This document shows, piece after piece, positions 46,972 to 55,375 of a DNA stretch of 64,000 bases. The stretch comes from Saprospiraceae bacterium (lineage in GTDB: Bacteria; Bacteroidota; Bacteroidia; Chitinophagales; Saprospiraceae): NCBI GenBank assembly GCA_965263225.1, contig CBDHHG010000051.1, forward strand, positions 89,845 to 153,844, given 5' to 3'. The translations under genes and the position numbers were made by a program. How positions within the stretch are numbered: position 1 is the stretch's first letter; every line of letters begins with the position of its first letter. The notes under the pieces were generated by a model. That model was not told the DNA's origin. It saw nothing but the letters and a program-made list of their open reading frames with translations, and ran no database searches.

Positions 46972-49023
46972 ATGCGTCTGCTTTATTTTGCACTCTTGAT
47001 CAACCTTTTTCCCTTTCTTCTAGGTGGACAGGTCGATACCTCTAAGTTATACGAATTACCTACCGTTACGCTACGAGTACCTAGATTGAGCGGTAATCTG
47101 CTGGGGCAACCAATGGCCATCACCAGTATTGAGCGTTCCGCTATTTTTGCGTCTCAACAACAACTTTCGATTAACGAGTATTTGAATGAAGTGCCAGGGC
47201 TTTTTGCCTTGAATCCCGGGAATTTTGCCCAAGATTTACGTATTTCAATTCGAGGCTTTGGGGCTAGAGCAGCCTTTGGTATTAGAGGCGTAAAGATATT
47301 GGTGGATGGAGTACCGGAAACGACGCCGGATGGGCAAGGGCAGACCGATAATTTAGATCTTGGTATTGTCGATCGTATAGAAATTCTTCGGGGACCAAGT
47401 TCGGGATTATTTGGAAATGCTTCAGGTGGAGTTTTAAGCATTGCGACGGAGGATCGAGTTACTACTCCCTTCTTTGAAGCCGGCGCAACCTTTGGAGACT
47501 TTAAGATGCAGCAATACCAGGTTAAGGCTGGATTTAAGTCGGGCCGCACGCATTATATCATCCATGGAACAGATACGGAAACTGATGGGTATCGGCAGAA
47601 TAGCGGTATGAAAACTACTACTGTAAATGCCCAGGCTATGCATGAGTTTGCCAAAAACTCGACCTTCAAGGTTTTACTAAATTATACAGATAGTCCTCAA
47701 GCCGATGACCCAGGGGGAATCAATAGGGATGCTGTGCTTTCAGATCGTCGACAAGCAAGAGATCGGAATGTGAGTTTCCAAACGGGAGAGGCGATTGATC
47801 AATTTAAGATTGCAGCTATTCTTAAGCACAATAAGATTAACACGAATATCTTCTACAGTAATCGCAATTTCTATGGTTTATTGCCTTTCGAGAATGGAGG
47901 CATCATTGATTTAAGACGAGACTATTGGGGACATTCTTTCCAATACAATCTTGCCGATTTTGATCCGGCTAAAAAAGATGAATTTGGACATAAACTGCAA
48001 GTGGGTTATAGCATAGCTCAACAAGATGATCGAAGAGAGCGCTTCTTGAATCTAATGGGAACACAGGGGGCAAGTACTTTCAATCAACTAGAATCTTTCA
48101 GCAACCTAGGGGTTTTCTTACTTGAGGAACTTCAACTAACTAATGGCTGGAGTGCCATGGTTAGCTTGCGATATGATTGGAATAAATTGCAGGCGGAAGA
48201 TAGCTTTCTTAGCAATGGTGATGATTCAGGAGAGATTGGGCTTTCTTCCTTTAATCCCAGCATAGGTGTAAACTATATGCTGAGCCCCGGAACGCACTTC
48301 TATACCCAGTTTTCCACCAGTTTTGAAACACCTACACTTAATGAGTTATCTAATAATCCATCAGGTCAGGGAGGATTTAACGAGGAATTGTCACCGCAAA
48401 GGGCACGTAACCTAGAACTAGGACTAAAAGGTATTTTTAATGGAAAATTACAATATGATTTAGCCTACTTTTTTATCCGCACGCAGGATGAAATCGTTTC
48501 ATTTGAACTGGGAGATTTCCCTGGGCGTGATTTCTTCCGCAATGCAGGGGAGACCGTACGAAATGGCTTAGAATCACAGATAAAATATGCTTTTGCAAAG
48601 AACTGGCGACTTAATTTGGCCTATACCTATTCCGATTTTTATTACGATTCTTACATCAATGGAGGGGACGACTTGAGTGGAACCCAATTACCTGGTATCC
48701 CGAAGCACTTTGGTTCAGTCTCTCTGCGCTACATTGATCCTGATGGCTTTTTTGCACGACTCCAGTCGCGTATGGTCGGCCTTACCTACGTTGCTGATGG
48801 CAATCTGCTTGACCGAGAACCTCAATACACCGTAATCAATCTAAATCTAGGTTATACCCTCCGATTCAAAGGCTGGAATCTAGTACCTTTTTTGGGGATT
48901 AATAATATCACTGATGAAGCATACAGTGACAACATTCGAATCAATGCTTTCGGAGGTCGCTTCTTTGAACCAGCACCCGGGAGGAACGTATTCGGGGGAA
49001 TTCGATTGAGGACAAAGCTGTAA
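46972..49023 (+). CDS. TonB-dependent receptor
   Basis: Plug motifs 'DLRISIRGFGARAAFGIRGVKILVDGVPET' and 'VDRIEILRGPSSGLFGNASGGV', plus a beta-barrel terminus. Start set at the internal ATG, 13 nt after the acpH stop. Confidence 0.9.
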   Translation: MRLLYFALLINLFPFLLGGQVDTSKLYELPTVTLRVPRLSGNLLGQPMAITSIERSAIFASQQQLSINEYLNEVPGLFALNPGNFAQDLRISIRGFGARAAFGIRGVKILVDGVPETTPDGQGQTDNLDLGIVDRIEILRGPSSGLFGNASGGVLSIATEDRVTTPFFEAGATFGDFKMQQYQVKAGFKSGRTHYIIHGTDTETDGYRQNSGMKTTTVNAQAMHEFAKNSTFKVLLNYTDSPQADDPGGINRDAVLSDRRQARDRNVSFQTGEAIDQFKIAAILKHNKINTNIFYSNRNFYGLLPFENGGIIDLRRDYWGHSFQYNLADFDPAKKDEFGHKLQVGYSIAQQDDRRERFLNLMGTQGASTFNQLESFSNLGVFLLEELQLTNGWSAMVSLRYDWNKLQAEDSFLSNGDDSGEIGLSSFNPSIGVNYMLSPGTHFYTQFSTSFETPTLNELSNNPSGQGGFNEELSPQRARNLELGLKGIFNGKLQYDLAYFFIRTQDEIVSFELGDFPGRDFFRNAGETVRNGLESQIKYAFAKNWRLNLAYTYSDFYYDSYINGGDDLSGTQLPGIPKHFGSVSLRYIDPDGFFARLQSRMVGLTYVADGNLLDREPQYTVINLNLGYTLRFKGWNLVPFLGINNITDEAYSDNIRINAFGGRFFEPAPGRNVFGGIRLRTKL

Positions 49024-49025
49024 TT

Positions 49026-49394
49026 TTAAGCAAATTTTTGAGGACTTGTTGGCGAAGTTGTGTCGCTTTGAATTCTTGCTAGATCGGTAGAATTATCTGG
49101 TTTTTCCAGAGACTTGATGTTCTCTGAAATATTAAAGATACAGGTCCTCAGCGCATCGCCAGCCCAGGAGCGTTTCAAGACTAAGTCAGCACGATACAAA
49201 CCAAAAATCTCAATAGAATACTGTCCTTTTTTACTTGTGCTTGAGATGGTCCCATCTGCTGAAAATTCTAAATGTTCATTTGGTTGATCAATACAAGGAT
49301 TTAGGAGCAGAGGTTCCTCTATAGAAGTGGGCATTGTATGATCTCGTACTCTTTTCTGTTCATCTTTAAGTAGAAACTTTATGCCCTTGCCCAT
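49026..49394 (-). CDS. Hypothetical protein (weak; start unresolved)
   Basis: 122-aa ORF from an ATG. The same frame stays open upstream to 49504 with no canonical start. No recognisable family. Confidence 0.3.
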   Translation of the reverse strand: MGKGIKFLLKDEQKRVRDHTMPTSIEEPLLLNPCIDQPNEHLEFSADGTISSTSKKGQYSIEIFGLYRADLVLKRSWAGDALRTCIFNISENIKSLEKPDNSTDLARIQSDTTSPTSPQKFA

Positions 49395-49510
49395 GTTTAT
49401 TTCTTCGCCGTTTTCATCAATTCTTTGTCTAGTCGGACGGTTACAGTTGGAACATGACCAAAGTATTCTATTGGAATATCTAAAGGACGAAGCACTTACC
49501 TGAGGATAAT

Positions 49511-50257
49511 TTACCCCTCAAAGTGGAAGGAAATAGTAAATGTCCTTGAAAACACCTTCTCCAATATCGTAGATTCCTCCAGGTTAGGGTTGAATAGAAG
49601 CGTATTACCAATTCCCTGAGATACCTTGAATTCTGGTGAAAAGATGAAGTAAGGAAAGAAGAATTGTATACCCGCTCCATATTCAATGGAAAAATCATGC
49701 GGGGAAATCTTGACCAAGGTCTCCGCTTGCCTAGCTCGGGAATCACTAGCCACATCGAAAGCATATTTCACCCCAGCAATCACAAATAGCCGCTTGTCTT
49801 TGTAGGGAACAGATTTATATCGGAAATGGAAGGGAAGTTCCACAAAAACCGATTCGACACTTCTCTGACTATTGGGCCTCAGTCTGCTGGTATTGGTATA
49901 TTCAAGATTCCGTGTGGCAAAGGACAGGGTGGGCAGAAATCTAAAGTCAAAGAAATTGCCAATCTTGAGATTGGTCACAATACCCAGATTGAAGCCTGGG
50001 CCGCTTAGGGATTGGACTGCGCTAATGCTATCGCTGAAGATGAATTCGCGAGAACGGAAAGGTTGAAAGGTGGCTCTGTTTAGCGCTAAAGTGATACCGA
50101 AGTAATAGGGTTTCTGTTGAAAATCGAAGAAATTATAGTTGTCTCCACTGTAGAACTGAGCCTCAGCCTTAGGTGCGAAGGCTGAGCAGAGAAATAGTGC
50201 CAAAATTACTTTTGTCCCGAGTAAATTGAACAGATTCCTAATGTTAACGGTATGCAT
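49511..50257 (-). CDS. PorT-family outer-membrane beta-barrel protein (T9SS-associated family)
   Basis: Signal peptide ending 'KAEAQ' and about 248 aa of beta-barrel pattern. It lies immediately downstream of ubiE, a synteny I recall as common in Bacteroidota. It overlaps the ubiE 3' end by 52 nt, so the real start may be internal. Confidence 0.6.
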   Translation of the reverse strand: MHTVNIRNLFNLLGTKVILALFLCSAFAPKAEAQFYSGDNYNFFDFQQKPYYFGITLALNRATFQPFRSREFIFSDSISAVQSLSGPGFNLGIVTNLKIGNFFDFRFLPTLSFATRNLEYTNTSRLRPNSQRSVESVFVELPFHFRYKSVPYKDKRLFVIAGVKYAFDVASDSRARQAETLVKISPHDFSIEYGAGIQFFFPYFIFSPEFKVSQGIGNTLLFNPNLEESTILEKVFSRTFTISFHFEG

Positions 50258-50934
50258 TGATTCGATTTGTATCCAGTTTTGGACAATATGTTCACAAAAT
50301 CATTTCCATCGGGAAAAGCTTGTACAGATTCGTAGAGATAACTATATGCCCGAGGATCTTTAGAGGTTAAACGTCCGATTGTGGGCAAAATGTATTTGAA
50401 ATACAAATTAAACATTTGCTTGATTGGAAAAATTGTAGGTTTTGAAAACTCTAAGACCACTAATTTCCCCTCATCCTTTAGTACGCGACGCATTTCAGCC
50501 AAGCCTTTCTCTAAGTTTTCAAAGTTGCGCACGCCGAAAGCTACTGTAATGGCATCGAAAGTGTTATCTGCAAAAGGAAGGTTTTCCGAATCTCCTTCTT
50601 GGAGTTCTATGACTGTGTCTAAGCCGCGCTTCTTGATCTTCTTCTTCCCGATTTCTAGCATTTCTCGGGAGATGTCAATTCCGATGATTTTGTCAGGTGA
50701 AAGTTGCCTGTTGGTCTCTAGTGCAACATCCGCTGTACCTGTTGCTACGTCTAAAATGAGTTTTGGTTGCTCATCTTTGAGTTGATTGATAGCTTTTTTT
50801 CTCCAAATCGTATCAATTCCCAAGGAAAGCAACCGATTGAGGAAATCGTAATACGGAGCGATCTTGTTGAACATCTTGGAAACTTGCCCCTTCTTATCTT
50901 CTTGCTCGCTGTATGGCTTCACAACTTTACCCAT
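50206..50934 (-). CDS. ubiE: Demethylmenaquinone / ubiquinone C-methyltransferase
   Basis: 'VSKMFNKIAPYYDFLNRLLSLGIDTIWRKK', SAM motif 'ILDVATGTAD', 'VAFGVRN'. ATG (MGKVVKP) chosen over the upstream TTG at 50952. Confidence 0.92.
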   Translation of the reverse strand: MGKVVKPYSEQEDKKGQVSKMFNKIAPYYDFLNRLLSLGIDTIWRKKAINQLKDEQPKLILDVATGTADVALETNRQLSPDKIIGIDISREMLEIGKKKIKKRGLDTVIELQEGDSENLPFADNTFDAITVAFGVRNFENLEKGLAEMRRVLKDEGKLVVLEFSKPTIFPIKQMFNLYFKYILPTIGRLTSKDPRAYSYLYESVQAFPDGNDFVNILSKTGYKSNQCIPLTLGICSIYSGQK

Positions 50935-50949
50935 TCCAAAAAATTTTTG

Positions 50950-50957
50950 CAAATATA
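50950..50957 (-). promoter_or_regulatory. -7 box (TATATTTG on the minus strand) upstream of ubiE
   Basis: The reverse complement of CAAATATA lies 15 nt before the ATG at 50934. This also argues against the TTG start at 50952. Confidence 0.5.
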
Positions 50958-51056
50958 GACAGGCTCATGAACAACCCTAGAATTCCTGCCTTTAAATTGT
51001 CAGATAAAAATTTGCAAAGCATAGGGCTTTGCGTTTACTTTACCCAAAACACGAGA

Positions 51057-52556
51057 ATGTCAGCAAGGTTTAGATTTTTTGCAGTTGCGGTGGGCGTTTT
51101 GTTCCTGGTAAATTTACTCCTTTGGAATGGTGTGGCAAGTTTGTGGAGTGGGGGAGAAGCTGCACTTTGGTGGAACAGTCACTTGGGTACGAATGAAGGA
51201 GGCCTTCCTGGTTGGTGGATATCGAAGTTGACTTTGAACTCAACTGACCTTGCGCAAGCCAGATGGGTTTCGGGTGGCCTATTGCTAGTAGGATTGATCT
51301 TTTTCAATTGGGTAGGGCAGAAGATCTTCAAACAGGAACGGGTAATCTTGAGCTTACTGGTGATAGCCTCATCCCTTTTACTTCCTAACTTTGGGAAGCT
51401 CGCTAGTGCTGATACTTACCTTTTCTTGGCTCATTTTGGAGCCTATCTGAGTCTGATTCTGTATGTAAAACAAGCCGTTTTACGCTGGCAAGTGAGCAGT
51501 TATCTATTTCTATTTATGGGGCTGCTAGTACATCCGATTTCAACTCTACTTTTTTGGCTGGCCTTAGCAACTTGGTTATGGCTACGGCATCCTGAGGGTA
51601 AGCAGTTATCTAAGCTATATCTCTGGATCGTTGCTCCCATTTTTAGCGTGCTGCTCATTCTTGTAGGACAGTTTTCGTGGCAACCCCATGGTTTTGTTTT
51701 CTCAGTTAACCAATTTCCGATTGGTAAATTTCTGCTGTACAGTATGGTCGGTATGGCTCCTTTTTCAGGCTACTTGATGGGTGGTTTGAGAGACAATGCC
51801 ATGTTGGTACGCAAAGGGGAAGAACAGGCAGTGATACATACAGGAGGATTGATAGCGGGTCTAGTAGCCTTTTCAATTAGTTGGCAAGCTATTTTAGCCT
51901 TACTAGTAGCCAAACAGATGGAGGTCTATTTTAAAGATAATTATCCCTTTAGAGACTGGGTGAAGACGGGTGCCATTCTACATTTGGTACTGATCTTTGC
52001 CTTTGCCTTTGCCATCCTTTACAATGGCTTCGTTTATTTTGAAGGAGACGGATATCGGGCGGGAATTGCAGTTACAGGCTCTTATTGGGCGCTGAGTTTT
52101 GTTGGTATCATTGGCCTATATGGTATGCGAAAACCGCTAGCTCTGGGCGCTAGTCTCCTCAGTGGCCTGGTAGGCATGACCTTTTTCTGGCTTCAACTCT
52201 ATCCCTTGATGGAAACCCAGCGCAATTTGGTTCAGCAATTGCCCAAGGAAGTACAAAACCTAAAGCCGGAAGTCGAGGAAGTGGTTTTTTTACCAAGACA
52301 TAAGCACGCTTTTCCAAATGCTCTAGTATATGCCAAGGAAATATTTCCTGCCGTTTCCATGGAACAGGACGAAGCCCGCTTCAACGAAGCTATCACAAAA
52401 CCTAGGGCGGTAGGAGTTACCACGGAGCGGACCCTGCCATTTGTACCAGAAGGCAAAACTATTGATACTCTGAATACCAAACGATGGAGTGATTTCATGA
52501 CACCTAGCGCTTGGCTACTGCTTAGCGATGATCCCTCGGAAAAGAGGCCAAATTAG
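51057..52556 (+). CDS. Polytopic membrane protein (GT-C/ArnT-like candidate)
   Basis: More than 10 TM helices and a soluble C-terminal tail. Start set at MSARFRFF. The upstream extension would run through the ubiE promoter. Confidence 0.55.
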   Translation: MSARFRFFAVAVGVLFLVNLLLWNGVASLWSGGEAALWWNSHLGTNEGGLPGWWISKLTLNSTDLAQARWVSGGLLLVGLIFFNWVGQKIFKQERVILSLLVIASSLLLPNFGKLASADTYLFLAHFGAYLSLILYVKQAVLRWQVSSYLFLFMGLLVHPISTLLFWLALATWLWLRHPEGKQLSKLYLWIVAPIFSVLLILVGQFSWQPHGFVFSVNQFPIGKFLLYSMVGMAPFSGYLMGGLRDNAMLVRKGEEQAVIHTGGLIAGLVAFSISWQAILALLVAKQMEVYFKDNYPFRDWVKTGAILHLVLIFAFAFAILYNGFVYFEGDGYRAGIAVTGSYWALSFVGIIGLYGMRKPLALGASLLSGLVGMTFFWLQLYPLMETQRNLVQQLPKEVQNLKPEVEEVVFLPRHKHAFPNALVYAKEIFPAVSMEQDEARFNEAITKPRAVGVTTERTLPFVPEGKTIDTLNTKRWSDFMTPSAWLLLSDDPSEKRPN

Positions 52557-52687
52557 GCTCCCTGGTAAATGATGTACAATAGGACGATAAGAACTACTGT
52601 CGAAACGGCTACAACCGTAAAGAATTTTTGAGTTTCTTTTCGTTCTTTGGCTTCCTGCCGCAATTTCTTTTTTGATCGTTTAGCCAT
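52553..52687 (-). CDS. Possible 44-aa small membrane protein (below the ORF-track cutoff)
   Basis: My translation is MAKRSKKKLRQEAKERKETQKFFTVVAVSTVVLIVLLYIIYQGA: a lysine-rich N-terminus plus one TM helix. Its stop overlaps the convergent stop of the upstream + strand gene (TTAG). Confidence 0.3.
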   Translation of the reverse strand: MAKRSKKKLRQEAKERKETQKFFTVVAVSTVVLIVLLYIIYQGA

Positions 52688-52770
52688 AGGAAAGCAATGT
52701 TTAAATGGAGAAATGCGAATTTATAGGAAGCAAAATAAGAAAAAGCCGAATAAAAAGAAAAGCGCAGTCG

Positions 52771-54066
52771 TCAAAAATGTGTCTCATACCATTCGATAAT
52801 TCGTTCATCGGTCATGATATCCCTTGCTTTGATCGGTTGCTTTAAAACGATACCTTCCAAAGTTCGACATCTGCTGAGGGCTACATAAGTTTGGCCAAAC
52901 TCGAAAGCACCGCGCCCCATGTCGATGATGACCTTATCAAAGGTTTTACCTTGAGATTTGTGAACAGTAATGGCCCAAGCGAGTTTTAAGGGAATCTGCT
53001 TGAAGGTTCCAATGACTTCCGTCTCAATCTTATTGGGATCATCCGGATGAAGTTTGTATTTCTGAATCTCCCAATCCATGGCTTCTACTTCTACTTCCCG
53101 TTTCTGTCCAAATTCCTCAATCAAGATCGTCACCTTCTCATTCTCAAGTTTGATCACTTTGCCAATGGTACCATTCACAAATTTCTTTTGCGGATCGTTT
53201 TTCAAGAACATGACCTGTGCATGTAGTTTCAGTTGTAGCCCCGCTTCCGTAGGGAAAAGATTGGGGGGGAAAGCGCCAGTGATGGCGGCTTGATAGAGGT
53301 AAGCGGGATAGGGAATCTTGTCAATCTCCTTCTGATTAATACTATTGACTTTGGCATTTCGTGCGGATAAGGTGATGTAGAAGTCCTCTGCTTCAAAGGC
53401 TGGTAGGTGCCGTTGATTTAGATCTTCCAAATCATCATAATCGATTTGGTTGAGGCGAATGCTATCCAATAAGCGCAAAAAGTATCTATTCTCCTGCCGA
53501 TAGACTTTGCGTAATTCGATTTTTTCGAGTGTGAAATCTTCTTCGAATACCTTGGCGGAGAAGAAATAAGGACTATCATAGTAATGTTCAAACAATTGCT
53601 TTTCCGCCTCTGAGGAAACGATTGGTGGTAATTGGAAGAGATCGCCAAAGAAAACCACTTGGACACCCCCGAATGGATAAGGGTTTTCCCGATTGACTCT
53701 CAGGAAGTAGTCAATATTGTCAAGTAGGTCAGCACGAACCATCGAGATTTCATCTATAATCAAAACCTCCATCTTCTTATATAAGCGACGATCACGCCGC
53801 TTTTTAATCTCACTGCGATCCAATGGTTTAGGCGGAAAACCAAAAAAAGAGTGGATGGTCTGCCCCTTGACGTTGAGGGCTGCAATACCGGTCGGTGCGA
53901 GAACTACTGTTTTTTTGTGTGTAGTATTGCGGAAAAGCTGAAGTAGGGTGGACTTACCTGTCCCGGCCCGCCCAGTTACAAATAAATTGGTCTTTTGTTT
54001 TTCCAGGCTATCGAGCACATACTTGAAGTCATCACTGAGTTCTAACACTTTTTTATCAATACTCAC
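52771..54066 (-). CDS. Pif1/RecD-like SF1B DNA helicase
   Basis: Walker A 'VTGRAGTGKSTLL', 'LIIDEISMV', 'FGDLFQLPPI', 'AITVHKSQGKTFD', 'YVALSRC'. At about 431 aa the size matches compact bacterial Pif1 helicases. Confidence 0.85.
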   Translation of the reverse strand: MSIDKKVLELSDDFKYVLDSLEKQKTNLFVTGRAGTGKSTLLQLFRNTTHKKTVVLAPTGIAALNVKGQTIHSFFGFPPKPLDRSEIKKRRDRRLYKKMEVLIIDEISMVRADLLDNIDYFLRVNRENPYPFGGVQVVFFGDLFQLPPIVSSEAEKQLFEHYYDSPYFFSAKVFEEDFTLEKIELRKVYRQENRYFLRLLDSIRLNQIDYDDLEDLNQRHLPAFEAEDFYITLSARNAKVNSINQKEIDKIPYPAYLYQAAITGAFPPNLFPTEAGLQLKLHAQVMFLKNDPQKKFVNGTIGKVIKLENEKVTILIEEFGQKREVEVEAMDWEIQKYKLHPDDPNKIETEVIGTFKQIPLKLAWAITVHKSQGKTFDKVIIDMGRGAFEFGQTYVALSRCRTLEGIVLKQPIKARDIMTDERIIEWYETHF

Positions 54067-54077
54067 AGGTGTTGGGC

Positions 54078-55118
54078 CTAAACGGATTTTATCAAAAATA
54101 TATAAACAGGAAAGTGGTCGCTGTATCCACCAAGATAGGTATTTCCTCCAAAAGTACGGAAGGGATAACCTTTAAAGTTACCCGTCTTCTGATACAAGTA
54201 CTTGGGAGAGAAAATCTGTGCTTTATAATACTGATACCCTGATTCTTTGCTATTGAGTAATCCTTCAGAGATAATAATTTGGTCGAACAGGTTCCACGCG
54301 TCTCTGTAGGCTAGGGTTCCGATTCCTTTCTTAAAGTAGGCATGCATAGGGTTGAAAAACCCAGGTCCTTTCAAAGCCTTTGGTTTGTATTTGGCATCAA
54401 GTACTTTTTTGACGCTTGGACTACTGGGATCATCATTCAGGTCTCCCATGATGACAATCTTTGCTTTAGGATCTGCTTGAAGCAAGGAATCACATACTAG
54501 TTTAACTTCCATAGCAGCTGCATTCCGATAAGCCTGACTGGCGGCGGCTCCGCCACTTCTGGATGGCCAGTGATTTACAAAGACGTGAATGCGATCCTGA
54601 TCAAATTTGCCGGATACAAACAAAACATCCCGCGTGTATTTGCGTTCTCCATTACCCTCAAAGATCTCGACCGGGATAGCTTGGGCCTGTTCTACCTGGA
54701 AGTACTTAGGCTGATATAAGAGAGCGACATCTATACCTCGGCGATCGGGCGAATCAAAATGTACAATTTGATAGTTACGTTTCTTAACGGCAGGTTGAAT
54801 AACGAAATCCTCCAGGACTCGACGATTTTCTACTTCAGCGACACCCAGCAAGCTCATCCCATCAGGAGTCAAATCCGTCCCCATCTCTGATACGACCTTT
54901 GCTAGATTGTCCAGTTTGGTTTGATACAGTTTTTCGGTCCAATTGCGGCTACCGCTTGGCGTGTACTCCTCATCTCTGATTGCCGGATCATCCTCAATGT
55001 CAAATAGGTTTTCGAAATTGTAGAAGCCGATAGCCCCTACTCGATATTCTTTTTTGGCCTGAGCGGTGAGAAGGGTAGTGGATAGGATTAAAAGCAGGCT
55101 AAGGATTGTAATTCTCAT
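54078..55118 (-). CDS. Secreted endonuclease/exonuclease/phosphatase (EEP) family protein, nuclease candidate
   Basis: Signal peptide 'MRITILSLLLILSTTLLTAQA'. 'GFYNFENLFD', 'VNHWPSRSGG', 'GDLNDDP', 'SDHFPV' are EEP catalytic motifs. Confidence 0.85.
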   Translation of the reverse strand: MRITILSLLLILSTTLLTAQAKKEYRVGAIGFYNFENLFDIEDDPAIRDEEYTPSGSRNWTEKLYQTKLDNLAKVVSEMGTDLTPDGMSLLGVAEVENRRVLEDFVIQPAVKKRNYQIVHFDSPDRRGIDVALLYQPKYFQVEQAQAIPVEIFEGNGERKYTRDVLFVSGKFDQDRIHVFVNHWPSRSGGAAASQAYRNAAAMEVKLVCDSLLQADPKAKIVIMGDLNDDPSSPSVKKVLDAKYKPKALKGPGFFNPMHAYFKKGIGTLAYRDAWNLFDQIIISEGLLNSKESGYQYYKAQIFSPKYLYQKTGNFKGYPFRTFGGNTYLGGYSDHFPVYIFLIKSV

Positions 55119-55295
55119 CGGTTTAATGGTTGTTCTTTAGGTTTACGACAAAAACGGCGCCAAAGTACCCAAAATCCAAGAATATCTCTAGATTTCTGGA
55201 ATGTAGAATCTGAAAAGTAACTAAATTTGATAGAGTGCGAGATGAACTTTGTGTTAATTTTTGCCGATTTGAAGCAGGCATTTAATCTGAAATGT

Positions 55296-55303
55296 TAACT
55301 TTG
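55296..55303 (+). promoter_or_regulatory. -7 box (TAACTTTG) upstream of the TonB-dependent transporter gene
   Basis: Exact TAnnTTTG about 72 nt before the ATG at 55376. The core AACTTTGTG also occurs at 55245-55253. Confidence 0.45.
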
Positions 55304-55375
55304 TGCCGCCCTGAAAAATACACCCTAAGACTAAAGGTTAAAAGTAACCAAATGTAAAATCAAAATGTATCCTTG

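Noticed and set aside
47154-47549. 131-aa minus-strand ORF inside the TonB-dependent receptor gene
   Set aside because: It is antisense to the well-supported plug domain region and has no motifs.
49480-49764. 94-aa minus-strand ORF out of frame with the PorT-family gene
   Set aside because: It overlaps the better-supported 248-aa beta-barrel ORF on the same strand in another frame. Its composition is Arg/Leu/Ser-rich and not protein-like.
50381-50785. 134-aa plus-strand ORF inside ubiE
   Set aside because: It is antisense to a conserved methyltransferase gene. It is a Ser-rich shadow ORF.
50913-51056. Upstream extension of the 51057 membrane-protein ORF
   Set aside because: It would overlap the ubiE start and its promoter on the opposite strand. 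MSARFRFFAVAV begins a plausible first TM helix.
52771-55118. Pif1-like helicase plus EEP nuclease as a two-gene anti-phage defence module
   Set aside because: The EEP protein has a clear Sec signal peptide and so is extracytoplasmic. Compact Pif1 helicases are common housekeeping genes in Bacteroidota. No other defence hallmarks or mobile-element context are present.
55245-55305. Direct repeat AACTTTGTG (55245-55253 and 55297-55305) upstream of the TonB-dependent transporter as a regulator-binding pair
   Set aside because: Only 9 nt are shared, the region is AT-rich, and the second copy is explained by the TAACTTTG -7 box. It is kept as a note only and could be revisited if it proves conserved.
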